Positions 24,206 to 35,620 of a DNA stretch of 64,000 nt are shown one piece after another. Below the pieces are notes generated by a model. That model was not told the origin of the DNA. It ran no database searches and was given only the letters and a program-made list of their open reading frames with translations. The position numbers and the translations under genes were made by a program. The stretch covers positions 186,001 through 250,000 of the forward strand of contig QPGO01000078.1 of assembly GCA_008632985.1 (NCBI GenBank), written 5' to 3'. Positions within the stretch are counted from its first letter, which is position 1, and each line of letters starts with the position of its first letter. This DNA comes from Psammoneis japonica. Lineage: Eukaryota.

Positions 24206-26071
24206 ATGATGATCTTGTTTAGGTGCTGCACATTGGTGTTCGTCGTGACATCCTTCACTTCTTCCACAGCACAAAGAGCGACGAAGCCTAATTTCATCCT
24301 CATCATGACGGATGATCAAGGTATAGATGATTATGGCTTTCGCCAGCCGCCGCTGGAGACACCAAACTTGGACAAGCTAATGAAAGATGGGGTACAATTC
24401 ACCCGATTCTACACGGGAACCGCATGCGCTCCCACCCGGTCTCAGCTAATGACAGGAAGGCACTTTCTGCGCACGAAAACAGTTGGAGTAGGCTTCGGGA
24501 GAGATGCACCACATCTAAATGAGTACATGCTTGGAGAGGCCCTTCAGGATGCCGGATATGTTACTGGCATGGTTGGCAAGTGGAATCTCGGCACCTCAGA
24601 CGCTGAATTACCGCATCGACGAGGCTTCAACGAAACATGGGAGCTGACAGATGAAAGAACACGTAAAAACGGCAAGTATGAACACTTCAATGCCCCTTTT
24701 GCTCACAACGGTAAACCTCGTGGCATTGAGCCAGGCTGGCAGGTTGAGCGCGTCACAGACAAAGCTCTCCGTTTCATAAGCCGCAACAAGGAAGAACCTT
24801 TCTTTCTTTACATCCCTTACGCACAGCCACATGAGCCGTGGCTATGCCGAAAGGAACTCCAAGAAAAATACATTGAAAAAGGCATCGGAGAATCGTATGC
24901 TATGCTCCTTGGTATGCTGGAGCACATCGACATCCAAGTTGGGCGAATTCTTGATGCACTGGAGCGGCATCATCTCGCCAAAAATACCATAGTAATTTAT
25001 TTTGGAGACAACGGTCCCACTCCAAAAACAAGGCTCCTTGCTCAGGACTCAGATGGTAACTTCAGGCAAACTGGCGAACAGTATGAAATGAACGACACAG
25101 AATGGGCGGCACGCAATCCGACTGGTTTGCGATCTCAGAAGGCAACCGGTTGGGAAAACGCTGTTCGCAACCGGCTCTCCTTCTACTGTCCAGCTAGACT
25201 TAACACCAAAGTCGTCCAAGACATGATCATTGTATATGATATTTTTCCAACGTTGCTCCAATTAGCCGGGCATTACCACAGTTACAAGAAAAAAACTGGT
25301 GTGCCACGCTTGGATGGCCGAAGTTTTCAGCGCTTGCTTTTTCAAGACAACCCCGGCTGGCCGCAAGAACGTGAGTACCTTGTTGCAAAGCTCGGAATGC
25401 CTGCTAATCATCTGGCTCCAGATGGTTGGTACTACCGCTTTACTAAGGAGTATTCTCTTCGATTAGAGAGGTCGGAATGCGCACTTGTTTCAGGTCACTG
25501 GGTGGTCGTCAACGAAGAAGGCACATGGAGTTTGTACGACCTTTCGAGTGATCCCAGCCAGGAGAACGACCTCAAAACGGCCCTTCCTGAAAAGTTTCTT
25601 CAAATGGAAAATAGATTTTATTCTGTGCTATACGATGTAAACAACGACACGCATTCGTGGTCAAACCCAATCCAAGTAATTGGCCTTCCAGGCATTGAAC
25701 ACCCATACTTGGAGATGTTTTATGCATATCGCTTCAAGGGTAGGAGCAGAGTTTCATGGTCTTATACGTTCTTTGAAGATGTCGGGGCCACTCAGGATCT
25801 GAGAGTTCATGCACTCGAGTCTGGTACATACGATGTGATGCTTCGCACCCGGCCTGCTCCTGCACGAACCCTTGTGCAGTTTCATGTCGGGAAACAAAAA
25901 AAGATTTCCCTCCTCAACTGGGACGGTCGGATGCATAACCTTGGAAAGTTTGACTTTGAAAAGGGGAATTACAACATTGGAATGACCATTGTTGAGTCGG
26001 GAAACCTCGAACAACTTCAAAGTATGCCCGTTTACAATATCCTCTTGAAGAAAGTGAGCGGAGACACGTGA
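24206..26071 (+). CDS. Secreted formylglycine-dependent (S1) sulfatase
   Basis: Signal peptide, PNFILIMTDDQG, CAPTRSQLMTGR (CxPxR), GKWNLG, GDNG; no intron needed. Confidence 0.93.
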   Translation: MMILFRCCTLVFVVTSFTSSTAQRATKPNFILIMTDDQGIDDYGFRQPPLETPNLDKLMKDGVQFTRFYTGTACAPTRSQLMTGRHFLRTKTVGVGFGRDAPHLNEYMLGEALQDAGYVTGMVGKWNLGTSDAELPHRRGFNETWELTDERTRKNGKYEHFNAPFAHNGKPRGIEPGWQVERVTDKALRFISRNKEEPFFLYIPYAQPHEPWLCRKELQEKYIEKGIGESYAMLLGMLEHIDIQVGRILDALERHHLAKNTIVIYFGDNGPTPKTRLLAQDSDGNFRQTGEQYEMNDTEWAARNPTGLRSQKATGWENAVRNRLSFYCPARLNTKVVQDMIIVYDIFPTLLQLAGHYHSYKKKTGVPRLDGRSFQRLLFQDNPGWPQEREYLVAKLGMPANHLAPDGWYYRFTKEYSLRLERSECALVSGHWVVVNEEGTWSLYDLSSDPSQENDLKTALPEKFLQMENRFYSVLYDVNNDTHSWSNPIQVIGLPGIEHPYLEMFYAYRFKGRSRVSWSYTFFEDVGATQDLRVHALESGTYDVMLRTRPAPARTLVQFHVGKQKKISLLNWDGRMHNLGKFDFEKGNYNIGMTIVESGNLEQLQSMPVYNILLKKVSGDT

Positions 26072-27708
26072 TCATTTCGAGAGCAGAGAATGGTTAGTAT
26101 CACGTGACCTCGTTCGCTTTCATCGTGCTTACTTAACAATAAACATTTACATTAACTCCTACTTCGAAAAACATGCACTTTCTTCTCCCAAAACGAGTAA
26201 CTTATTCGCTTGTGTCGGATCAATTTTCTCTCGGGAAAAACGGTTCTACGCTAGGGCGGATGAAGCGATCCTCGATCTCTCAGCGCCTGACAACCGCATC
26301 GACGGAAGTGAAGCACACTAAACGCCGACTTTGGGGGGTCTCTTTTCTTTGCGAATGATTTGCTCTTGTGAATGGCATCATCTACAGTCGAAACCCTGAC
26401 TGGAGAACGGAGAAACAATTTCAAGAGTTTGGTAATCCGTACCAAGACATCGTGGGAGACACCATACCTTTTGTTCGACGTGAATGAGGATACCTCTCTC
26501 CTTCCTGTGATATTTAGAGAAGACGATTTCAATGTAACGAGCAAGGACAATGAAAGCATATGATCACAGATTTCTTGAGCACAGCTCCACCGATCTGGTT
26601 TCTCAAGGCAATGCGAGCTTTGCGGTGATGACTTTGCCTGTCATGATCCAAAAGAGGTGTTGAGTAACATGGGGCAAAAATTCCACGTATTCGGCATTAT
26701 CTACAGGACGCGGCACCTGGTATCCAACGACTTGCTTGTGCTACGGAAGAACTTTACCCTGATCTATTGAACAACATGACGTCTTCTGATGACCAACGGA
26801 GATACGTCCTAGATGCAGACCCAAGCTCTTGTGAATGATCCTCATGCCCTACAACAAGTGGCAGATGCCATGTTGACGAGGCAGTTGGTTCCTTTCAAGA
26901 AATCGGTGGCAAAAAGTAGCCCTGAGATCAACCAGGACTGGCGGAAAGCAGCGTAGTAGGGCCCTAGCAAAGTACATTAAATCTTGGAGTCTCCGCCAGA
27001 GCTCTAGCCAAGAATCGCAACACCGTGAAAAAAGCCATGACGCAAGTAATTATTCTAGAGGCTGTCAAGTCGGATGTCCTTCAAAGTATCAAAGAAAGCT
27101 CGCATCGGTCTCGCTCTTGCAACAGACGTTGATCCCTCTTTCGACGATCACAAGGTACATTGGGCACTTCGGGAGGACTGGGCACAGAATTACATGGCAT
27201 GGAATTTGGCATTTGTCACTTCTTCTGCTCCGCCACGATATCTTCAGCAACTTCTCGTTTCAGCAGTGTCCTGTTCTGCGGTGTCTAATAATGGGGAAGG
27301 CTTCGTTGCTTCTCACGTGGTGTCTTTCGCGTTATCGCTGATGCAAATCCATCGGCCACTTTTGAGTGGACTGACAGTTGATGAAACCGAAGCTATGAGA
27401 CGTTTCTATGTGATGCATCATTTGCGCTACCTGGCTGCGAGTCTGGGTAGAGCAAACTACCACAACCTATCGACTCTTCCTGACCCATCACAGGACACTG
27501 TAGAAAGATTGCCTTGATGATCTGCATGCTGTTGAGCCATTGGTTGTATCTATTGGCTGCAGGACTTGGGCTGCAGGAGGATATCAAAATGACTTGCGTC
27601 CAGAGTGCCTTCGCACAGGAGTGTTCGTCAAGCCAGGTTTTCTCGTTGATCTCCGTCAGGACAGGCTTGCCGAGGTTCGAAATAGCACAACGTGAGAGTC
27701 AAAACAAG

Positions 27709-30075
27709 CTAGTTCAATTTTCTACGCTTGTACGATCCCTGGTCCTTCTTTGGGGGACGTCTTTTTTGGCTAGCCGAGCTTTTCGCTCGAGCAGAACTTG
27801 AATACGTTCGTCTCTGAGATGCCGCCGAAGTCGTCGTCCTTGGTGCATCAGCCACGAGACCCAGCCCCGTTAAGCCAAGAGACACTCTGCCTCTGTCAAC
27901 AGACAGAATATCCACTCCAACCTGCTGGCCAATCAGTAGGCTCTGCAGCGGAACCGGCCCGAGCTTGGATGTGTGCACGAGACCGTCACAGTGACCTCCG
28001 AAATCACAAAAGGCACCAAAGTCGGCAATGTTTCGAATGGTGGCTTCAATGCCTCGAAGAGGAACAGCTTTAGCTAGTGCTGTCTCGTTTGTCATTGAGG
28101 GAGGCAACAAGACACAGCCATCCAGAGAGCCAGCTTGTTTTGAAACCGTCTTGGCTGTAGAGTCGTTTCGCAGTCGAGGATCAATCTGCATCATGGAATC
28201 AAACAAGTTCTTCATTACGGATATTACGCGTTCTTGGCTCACATCAAACTTGGCCGAAGCCTCTTGCAAGAGAGGTTTGTAATGATGAATCCATTGATCT
28301 TTGGGCGGAACATTTGTTGGCTTTTCTGTTAACTTCCAATCGCATTGTTTTAGTAACCACCGAGCAAGCTCGTACGATTCTGGATGAACAAGGGTCGCAT
28401 CCAAGGCTTCTTGTGACTCCTGTACTCTGACAAACGCCGCACAATTCTCAAACGTCTTTGGGCCCAAGCCAGCCACTTTTAGTAAATCTGCACGCTGGTG
28501 CAACGGACGGGCCTTGACAATCTTGGAGGCAAGTTTTGCCAAGCCAGGCACTTTTTCCAAAATGTCGATACTGCACGTGTTCACATCCACACCGACAGTA
28601 GCGACCGAGTCTACAGATACTAGATTGAGTTTTTCGTCCAATTCTTTTTCGGAAAGATCATGCTGATACATTCCAAGCCCAAGGCTGCGAGGAGGAACTT
28701 TTACCAGTTCGTGTAGTGGGTTTTGAAGACGACGTCCAATCGAGACCGAGGCCACGGCAGCAGGCGGCTGGTCTGGAAAGGCCTCCTTGGCTGCCTCTGT
28801 GACACTCCAGACACTAGCCCCCGCCTCGTTGACGAGTTGAATGTCGATTGGTATCTCTGCAGCTCTGGCCACGTCTCCTACCAATGCACGCGCTTCCTGG
28901 CTACCGTGCCGTTGCCCAACGCGACGACTACCTTTTCGTCCTTGCTCATCATTTCTTGCACCGACAAGAGAAGCTCTTTTAGTCGTTGCATCCCAATCTC
29001 TCGCTTATTTCCCAGAAATTCAACTGTTGCAAGTTTCACAACATTGCCGTTTGGATCCAAAATGGCGCACTTGATACCGGCTTGAAACCCTGGATCCAAC
29101 GCAAGTATGGCGGTGGTTCTGCATGGGCGGTGCCAGTAAGGCATGATATAGATTTTGTTCAAACACCTTGGCGGCCCGTTCCTCGGCCATTTTGCATTTT
29201 TTGACCACAACCGAGTGGTTCCTCTGCGTCTCAACACTCGAGTCCAAGCGTCATGAATAGCCTCGTCCAGAATGGGTCGCCACGAGTTGTTGTTCGCCTT
29301 TAGGGCATCCGGTAAAATCCTGTACAATCGATAACGAATGCATCCTTCCATCTTGTCGCCATCAATATCGTAGCCCATTTTGATTGCCTTTTGATCGACA
29401 CCACGACGAATCGCCAAAACCTGGTGATCTCGGAGACTCTCAATCGGACTCGAAAATCGCTGTAATTGCGGTATTTTGGATCCTCCGTGTTGCACTTGAC
29501 ACGACAGTGTTTGGAGAGCTCCTCCATGACTGTATCAAACACATGAATCTCTCCCGCAATCTTGGTTGAAAGCAAGTGAACAAGAGCTGTTTTGGGAACA
29601 AGACTCTTGATCTCATAGGTTGGTTCTCCGTTCCACAACGCATCAACCTTTTGCACAAGTTCAGGGTGTTCCTTTTGAATACGCTCTAAAATAGACCCTT
29701 TGCTCGGCGGTTTGAAGGGTGCATACAGCGCTTCCAATTCACTTTTTGACGTGCTCGTTTTCACTCGTCTTGCGATTTCCGCATCATCGTCCTTGACGTG
29801 TTGCAACAGCTTGTCTCTCAGACTCGCCAACTTGGAATGCTTTTGCAGAAGCTCATGCAGCACGTGAATTTGCCGCGTCGATAAGGGTGATATCACATCT
29901 GCACGGTATCGACAGACGAATGGAACAGAATTTGCGTCTTGCAAGAGAGGCAAGGATCGTTCCGTGGCTGCGGTTATTGCAGAAGTCGGTATATTATTTT
30001 GTTTCTCGTCTGTTGCATCATTAATGAGTCTTTCGCCCAATCCTGGGCCAGCAAAGAAGGATCGATGGACGTCAT
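27709..30075 (-). CDS. Tex/SRBD1-like S1 RNA-binding protein (several 1-bp frameshifts, probably assembly errors)
   Basis: VPFVCRYR, HQVLAIRRG, ILALDPGFQAGIKCA (YqgF), VNEAGASVWS, GLGMYQHD, HhH GLGPKTF and S1 DFGAFCDFG...GLVH, split over 4 ORFs. Confidence 0.88.
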
Positions 30076-30880
30076 GAAACGTTGTGTCGTATATAAGTTT
30101 GAAGCCTGTCGATAATTAACCAAGAATCCACAGCAAAAGAGCTTGCTAAGCATGATCGATTAGCGGCGGCCCGTTGTCATCGTCGCTGATGTCGGTGTTC
30201 CACTGTTCGTTCGCCTACAGACCTCCCAAAAGCCGGGAGTGGGTTCGGCCTTCGGAAAGTCGCTCGCGCGAAGTAGTGAAGTCGCGCGCACATGCTTTGT
30301 CGGTGCTCTGTCGTGTTTCTGGATTCTGCATTTCTTGGCCCAATCAGATACTTTTATCTGTCCTCAAGACTGTAGTAAATCATAAATAAATATAACATTC
30401 TTGTATATATGACTCATTAGATTGTAGTCACATATTGATGTGTCTCGTTGCTTTCTGTCATAGTCTTTTGTAGGATATGTTTTTTATTAAAAGAAGTATA
30501 TGCCCAATAACTTCTGGAAAATGTCACTCGATAAACTACAGTAATGAGCGTGCGTTGGGTCTTGGTTGGGTCGCGCGCGAAATTTCATGACGACAAAATG
30601 GCGCGTAAATCTACGTAGCGATTGGTATCTCCCAAAACTCAACGCATGGCAAAAATTGAAATTTTAAAAATGCCCAATCGTGCCAAGCAAGTGGTCACAA
30701 TAGAGAAATCCACTAAAAAAAAAAAAAATCCCAACCACGACAGCTCTCACAATTCACAAAAGGTGTGCTATTGGTAAGTCAAATGCGAGCAACAGTGTCT
30801 CTTCCGTGCCTCCCTTTACTCAACTCACAGATGTCAATTTCATCACTGTACCGTGTAGACTTGTCCCACAGTCCGTCACA

Positions 30881-31747
30881 ATGAAGTATTCAATCGTTAT
30901 TCCTCATCTGATCGCGTTGGCGTTGGCCGCCATGACCACTCAAGCCATTGACATTGAATCTCTTCATATCAAGACAGTCCCAGAAGCGAAACCCACGGAT
31001 ACAGTGGACGAGACGCGTATTCTGTCTCGCGATCGTCGCGGATACTACGAAGGTAAAGGGTACGAAGGCAAGGGATACGCCAAAGGCAAGGGATACGAAG
31101 GCAAGGGATACGCCAAAGGAAAGGGGTACGAAGGCAAAGGCAAGGGATACGAAGGCAAGGGATACAGTAGTTCGAAGAGCAAGGGTAAAGGTGGCAGAAG
31201 TAAAAGTAAAGGCAAAGGCCGAGGCGGAGGCCGAGGTCGAGGTGGTAGCAAAAGCGTTGGCTACAAAGTCTTCGAGGTACCGTTCATCCAAGATTTAGCT
31301 AACATAGCAGTCTCGCCTTTCGGTACTGATCTTGAGGAGGAATTGGTGTTCGCGGGATCGCAATTCTTATGGGCTGACCACATTTTTGATGCTCACCACC
31401 CTTTCGATTCGATCGGTGGGGTTAGTGGCGAGTGTGTGAGGTTGATTGATGCCGATTTTGACAGGAACGCAACCAATACCACGTTCGATGCATCCAGGGC
31501 GCTGTGCAGATTTGTGTACACGTTCGAAGGTGATTGTGGTATTGTTGCTATTGGAGAAATTCAAGACTTCTTTGGTGGTCTCCTTGCGGTAACGGGGGGC
31601 ACTGGAGTATGCACCGGTGCCATTGGAAATCTCGATTTCCAGATCAACGATAATGAGACATCGGGCGATGACATGTTCATTGACGCACATGATTATACTG
31701 GTTTTGTCCAGTTTGCCGTTCCGCATCTAGATTCTATTTTCCACTAG
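30881..31747 (+). CDS. Secreted protein with (YEGKG/YAKGKG)n and KS/KG/RG low-complexity region and a dirigent/AOC-like beta-barrel C-terminus
   Basis: Signal peptide MKYSIVIPHLIALALAAMTTQA, RxL site (RIL), repeats at about 31045-31250, LAVTGGTG...GAIG motif. Confidence 0.75.
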   Translation: MKYSIVIPHLIALALAAMTTQAIDIESLHIKTVPEAKPTDTVDETRILSRDRRGYYEGKGYEGKGYAKGKGYEGKGYAKGKGYEGKGKGYEGKGYSSSKSKGKGGRSKSKGKGRGGGRGRGGSKSVGYKVFEVPFIQDLANIAVSPFGTDLEEELVFAGSQFLWADHIFDAHHPFDSIGGVSGECVRLIDADFDRNATNTTFDASRALCRFVYTFEGDCGIVAIGEIQDFFGGLLAVTGGTGVCTGAIGNLDFQINDNETSGDDMFIDAHDYTGFVQFAVPHLDSIFH

Positions 31748-31860
31748 TGCTTGTGGAAGAAAAAGAAAATGGGGCATCTTTGTTGAGTCGTGTAGTAACA
31801 GATTATTTGTAGGTGTTAGTGGTTGAAAAGATCTTTTCTAGATGGCTGCATTATTAGCGC

Positions 31861-32457
31861 TCATTCCTCGTAGGATTCAATGAGAGTTTTGATAGCATTT
31901 GCCGCTGTGGATAGACTCTTGCATGGATTACTGCCATTGTCATGCCGTTCAGCAAGTTCCACAAGAGAGTCGCGGATGATTTCAAGATTGGGCACTGCAG
32001 CTGGGGGGCCAATGGAGGTACAACCTCCAATGTTGGAAGCATCTTCTAATTCTTTGGCAATTCTATTATACAAATCCGCCGTCGCTTGCTCTTTTGTCTC
32101 ATCTGACAATTCATAAAAGTACTGCGCTGCCTCCTCCAACGCAATCGTCACCTCAGTCCAAGACAAGGTCCAATTATCTCCCGCTGAAATCAAAGCTTGC
32201 CCAGCGGCTTGGATAAATGATGACTCTTTCTCATTAAATGATTCTCTGGAAGTTGATGCCGACATGAGCGCCCTTCCAGCTGCTGATAGTCCTCCGCTTT
32301 CATTCTCAGCCGATAGCGTCACGAGTGTCCTTCGGCGTGACGGAGGGAAAGTGTCAGGCGGACCGACGATGGCAAATCCAAAAACCATCGGCAATGCCAC
32401 AGTCAACGAGCATGCAGCAGATACGATTGCAACATGGGTGAGTCGTAGACACATCAT
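31861..32457 (-). CDS. Hypothetical protein with signal/bipartite plastid-targeting-like N-terminus
   Basis: 198-aa ORF with normal composition; hydrophobic leader ending VFG-FA followed by an S/R/T-rich stretch. Confidence 0.6.
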   Translation of the reverse strand: MMCLRLTHVAIVSAACSLTVALPMVFGFAIVGPPDTFPPSRRRTLVTLSAENESGGLSAAGRALMSASTSRESFNEKESSFIQAAGQALISAGDNWTLSWTEVTIALEEAAQYFYELSDETKEQATADLYNRIAKELEDASNIGGCTSIGPPAAVPNLEIIRDSLVELAERHDNGSNPCKSLSTAANAIKTLIESYEE

Positions 32458-32606
32458 CTCTTTGACACGTTCTCCGAGCTGCCCTCCATCATTGCGGCGG
32501 CAACACTGAACACTGAGCCTTGCTCTAGAGTAGAGAGCTCTCTCTCTAGTAGCTAGAGCTAGTAGTAGTCGCTTGTTTTCACGATCGTTTCTTTTTAATT
32601 AATTAA

Positions 32607-35150
32607 GGTTCCGAATGGACCTGCAACCCGGATATACTCCATACAAAAATGCAGTAGCGCTACGTGGAGGGGAATGCGTTGGAATCTACACGAACATACC
32701 ACAGTTCTCAAAAATCATGAAAATCTCAGAATGCGTACGAATGACAATGGCGTTTGCAGCGCTGTGTCGACAGTGCTCCTTCACCTTCCACCCAATCTCA
32801 AGTGGTATTGGATGGACAACGCAGCGATGCATTCGATTCTGAAGCGTGGTGGCCATCCGTCACTCCCCCTTTGTGATGTGGAGAATGCAATGCGTGGGAA
32901 GCGTGATGCCACCGCGACGGAACGGGACCGATTCAACACCCTCGGTGCTCATCATACTTACTATAAGTTTGGATTTCGAGAAAATGGTTACAAATGTTAC
33001 AAAGAACAGCGTGATTCATTCGTCACCATTCCAAGGATTGTGCCAAACCACTTCATTCGGAACTGGACGCTGTTTCAAGATGCGCGCAACGCATTGGAGA
33101 ATGCCGGTTGCACTCGCGCCCCGGATAAAAAGAGTTTGGAGACGGAAGATACCGAATCCAAGACAAGTGCATCAAAGATCAGTGGCTCTAGTTTCAATCA
33201 TGATGTGGAGAAGGGTGGAAGCTCTCCTGAAACTCGGCACAACAGCGGCAGCATCGGTTCCAGTGCCAGCGCAGACGACAACAAAGAAAATTTCGCGTCA
33301 GACTCGTCATTTGACAACATGACCGGCTGCAAGAAGTCTAGCATCAAAATGGATGATAAGTGGATGAAAGATGCATTCAATCACAATCGAAGGTGCGGTC
33401 ATGATGTGAGCTTGGTGGCCAGAACTAATCTCTCACTCGGCTTGAAAGAAGTTTGGCGTTGCTCGTTTTGTCGGAAGGAAATGGTGCGGTGGCCGGCGGA
33501 ACAAGTGAAGCAACAATCAGGCCAACTTGTGTCAGAAGATTTAATTCTTGTTGTGTTGGCTTCCATTGATGCTGGAGTCTCCAGAGAGAAACTGCAGGAG
33601 CTTTGTGCAGGGTTTGGTGGGGTGTGCCCGCCGAAATCTGCAATCGACGAGCAATTCAAACGCATTGAGAAGGTTGGGCCAGCTGTGGTGAAGGAACAAC
33701 TGCTTCAGAATCGCAGAGAGCATGTGGAAGAAAGCAGGAAGCAGCGACATTATGAGGGTGACTTTGAATTTGCCGATCAAGACAGCAAGCATCACAGTTT
33801 CGCGACGGGACCGACAAACAACGATGGTGGCGGACCGATGCGATGGATCTGCCATCGAGTCAAAGGTGTGCTTCATTGCTTGGTCTGCACCAGCTCGGTG
33901 ACAGGCAAGCCACTTGCTGCAATTGCAGATCAAATCAGCTGTGGTGCTTGTTCCCGTGTTGTTGCCATTCATCTTAAAAACCATCCTGAAAAGCGACACG
34001 GCGACATTCGTCCCGGCAAGATTGATTTCTCGCATGATGGCTCGTGTTCTCGGAACTCGAAGTGGCCCCGGGGTGGCAGAAGAGCATGCCAACGTCAAAC
34101 TTGCAAGAGAGCCACTGTTGGACGATGACGGCACCTTCCGGTCTGATGATGTGGGCATTGTGCCCCGTGAGACAACTTCAGATGGGGACACAAGAAGCAT
34201 CGTTGCATTCATAAAAGAGCAGCGTGATGTGGTCGGAGATGCTGCTGAGGGATTTTTGCAGCAGCTGCCTGATGGTGGGCACATGACAAAGACGGTGAAA
34301 GGTGGCTGCTTCACATTGGCATCAAAGAACCCTGAGTTCAAAAAGGGTCTTTCGACTCCACGGATAGAGGCCATTGCATCGGATTATTCTCGACGCATGT
34401 CCCTGTGTCATCACGTGCTTCTGATTGTCGAGAATCGACAGCAACATGTCAGGCACAGCAAAGATGCACAAGAGACCATGGAACAAAAGTGCAAGAGACT
34501 TCTCTGGTTGTTTTCATTCAAGCACCACAAGACAAGGCAAGAGAAAGATGCTTGAATGGCCTCCAGTCAATTGTTCCTCACCACTGTGGAGACCATAGAT
34601 TGTGCGATTTGTGCAACTGCAAGCACCTTCAAGCAGAGCGACGAGTTCGTGTGAGAGCAGAACCACACGGTGTGCATGAACTGCCTCAGCCGTGCAAACT
34701 TGTCATTCAACCAGAGGGCAGATTTAGTCTCAACAGTTGCAAGAACCATGTTTGAACGCTGTGGGAACTTCTGTGACTCCCCTTGTTCCCGCCGCTGCAG
34801 GTGTGCCGTGTCATCGCCGGCATCATCATCACTTTCACAGAACCTGACAAAATCATGGCAAACAAGTGGGTGAGTGTTTGCATTCCAATGGACATAAAAT
34901 GAGCACATCACAAACGACCACACATGTCAAAAATGCAAACACTCATGGGTGTGGATTTTTTGCTTTGTCGTCCTGAGCCGCCATGGTCAAAACCACGATG
35001 AAGTGTCGTGCTGTTCACTTTTTATTTTGACACTTGCGAGGTCATTCTATCTTGACGTCATCCTCCAGCATTTTGTAACGAGAATTGGTCGCATGCAAGC
35101 ACGTGCACACAGTGCTGAGAGTTGGCCGGTTAGAAGGTCCGTTCGGAACC
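32607..35150 (+). mobile_element. Kolobok-like DNA transposon
   Basis: TIR GGTTCCGAA(T/C)GGACCT at 32607 and 35135-35150, flanked by TTAA (32603-32606) and TTGA (35151-35154). Transposase motifs NDG...TGKPL...CGAC...H..C..N, SDGDT and PDGGH. Confidence 0.85.
32674..34700 (+). pseudogene. Kolobok transposase, frameshifted and hypermutated
   Basis: ORFs 32674..34128 and 33914..34555. Tyr is present in the first ~110 aa and nearly absent afterwards. Confidence 0.75.
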
Positions 35151-35154
35151 TTGA

Positions 35155-35620
35155 CCCTTCAACCACCACTGCTTGAGGATGTGTGATGTGTCATGCAATT
35201 TTACAACAACACAATGAACACGGTGTGAAAATGTCATGTCGCGCAGAATCTACGTAAAGCATGCCAAGTGCATTTGCTCATTGGGAGCAAATCTCCACCG
35301 GCGGAGATTTGCTCCAAGGGTGTGGCATCATTGGTCTATTTGCGATGGCAATTCATGACAACCTGCATTGTCAAAGGTTGAGATTTAGTTCCTCTCTGTT
35401 CACAGATGCAGCTTGCAAAAAACCCAGTGTTAAAAGTCGACATTGAACTTTCTAAATCACAAAATGGGTTCCCTGAGATTTTTGGCGAGTGCGTGCTCCA
35501 AAACAAAATCGCGCAAATTTGACATTGTCCATGTCTGAGATTACTTCATTTGCTGTGTTTGTGACGTAAGGGAGCAAATCTCCACCCGTGGAGATTTGCT
35601 CAAGTCCGGTGGTTGAAGGG
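35155..35620. mobile_element. piggyBac-like non-autonomous element (MITE), 466 bp
   Basis: Perfect 13-bp TIR CCCTTCAACCACC...GGTGGTTGAAGGG with TTGA on both flanks (inferred mutated TTAA); two internal GAGCAAATCTCC hairpins. Confidence 0.8.

Noticed and set aside
26372..27517. Broken ORFs between the sulfatase and Tex
   Set aside because: Coding-like but interrupted, with no recognisable family; cannot support a call.
27709..30075. Tex as a pseudogene or programmed-frameshift gene
   Set aside because: Several shifts are single-base losses in homopolymers (about 29455, 29200). The same defect occurs in BCS1 (53160) and FAS1 (63562), and motifs are intact, which favours long-read consensus errors. 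Needs read or RNA-seq confirmation.
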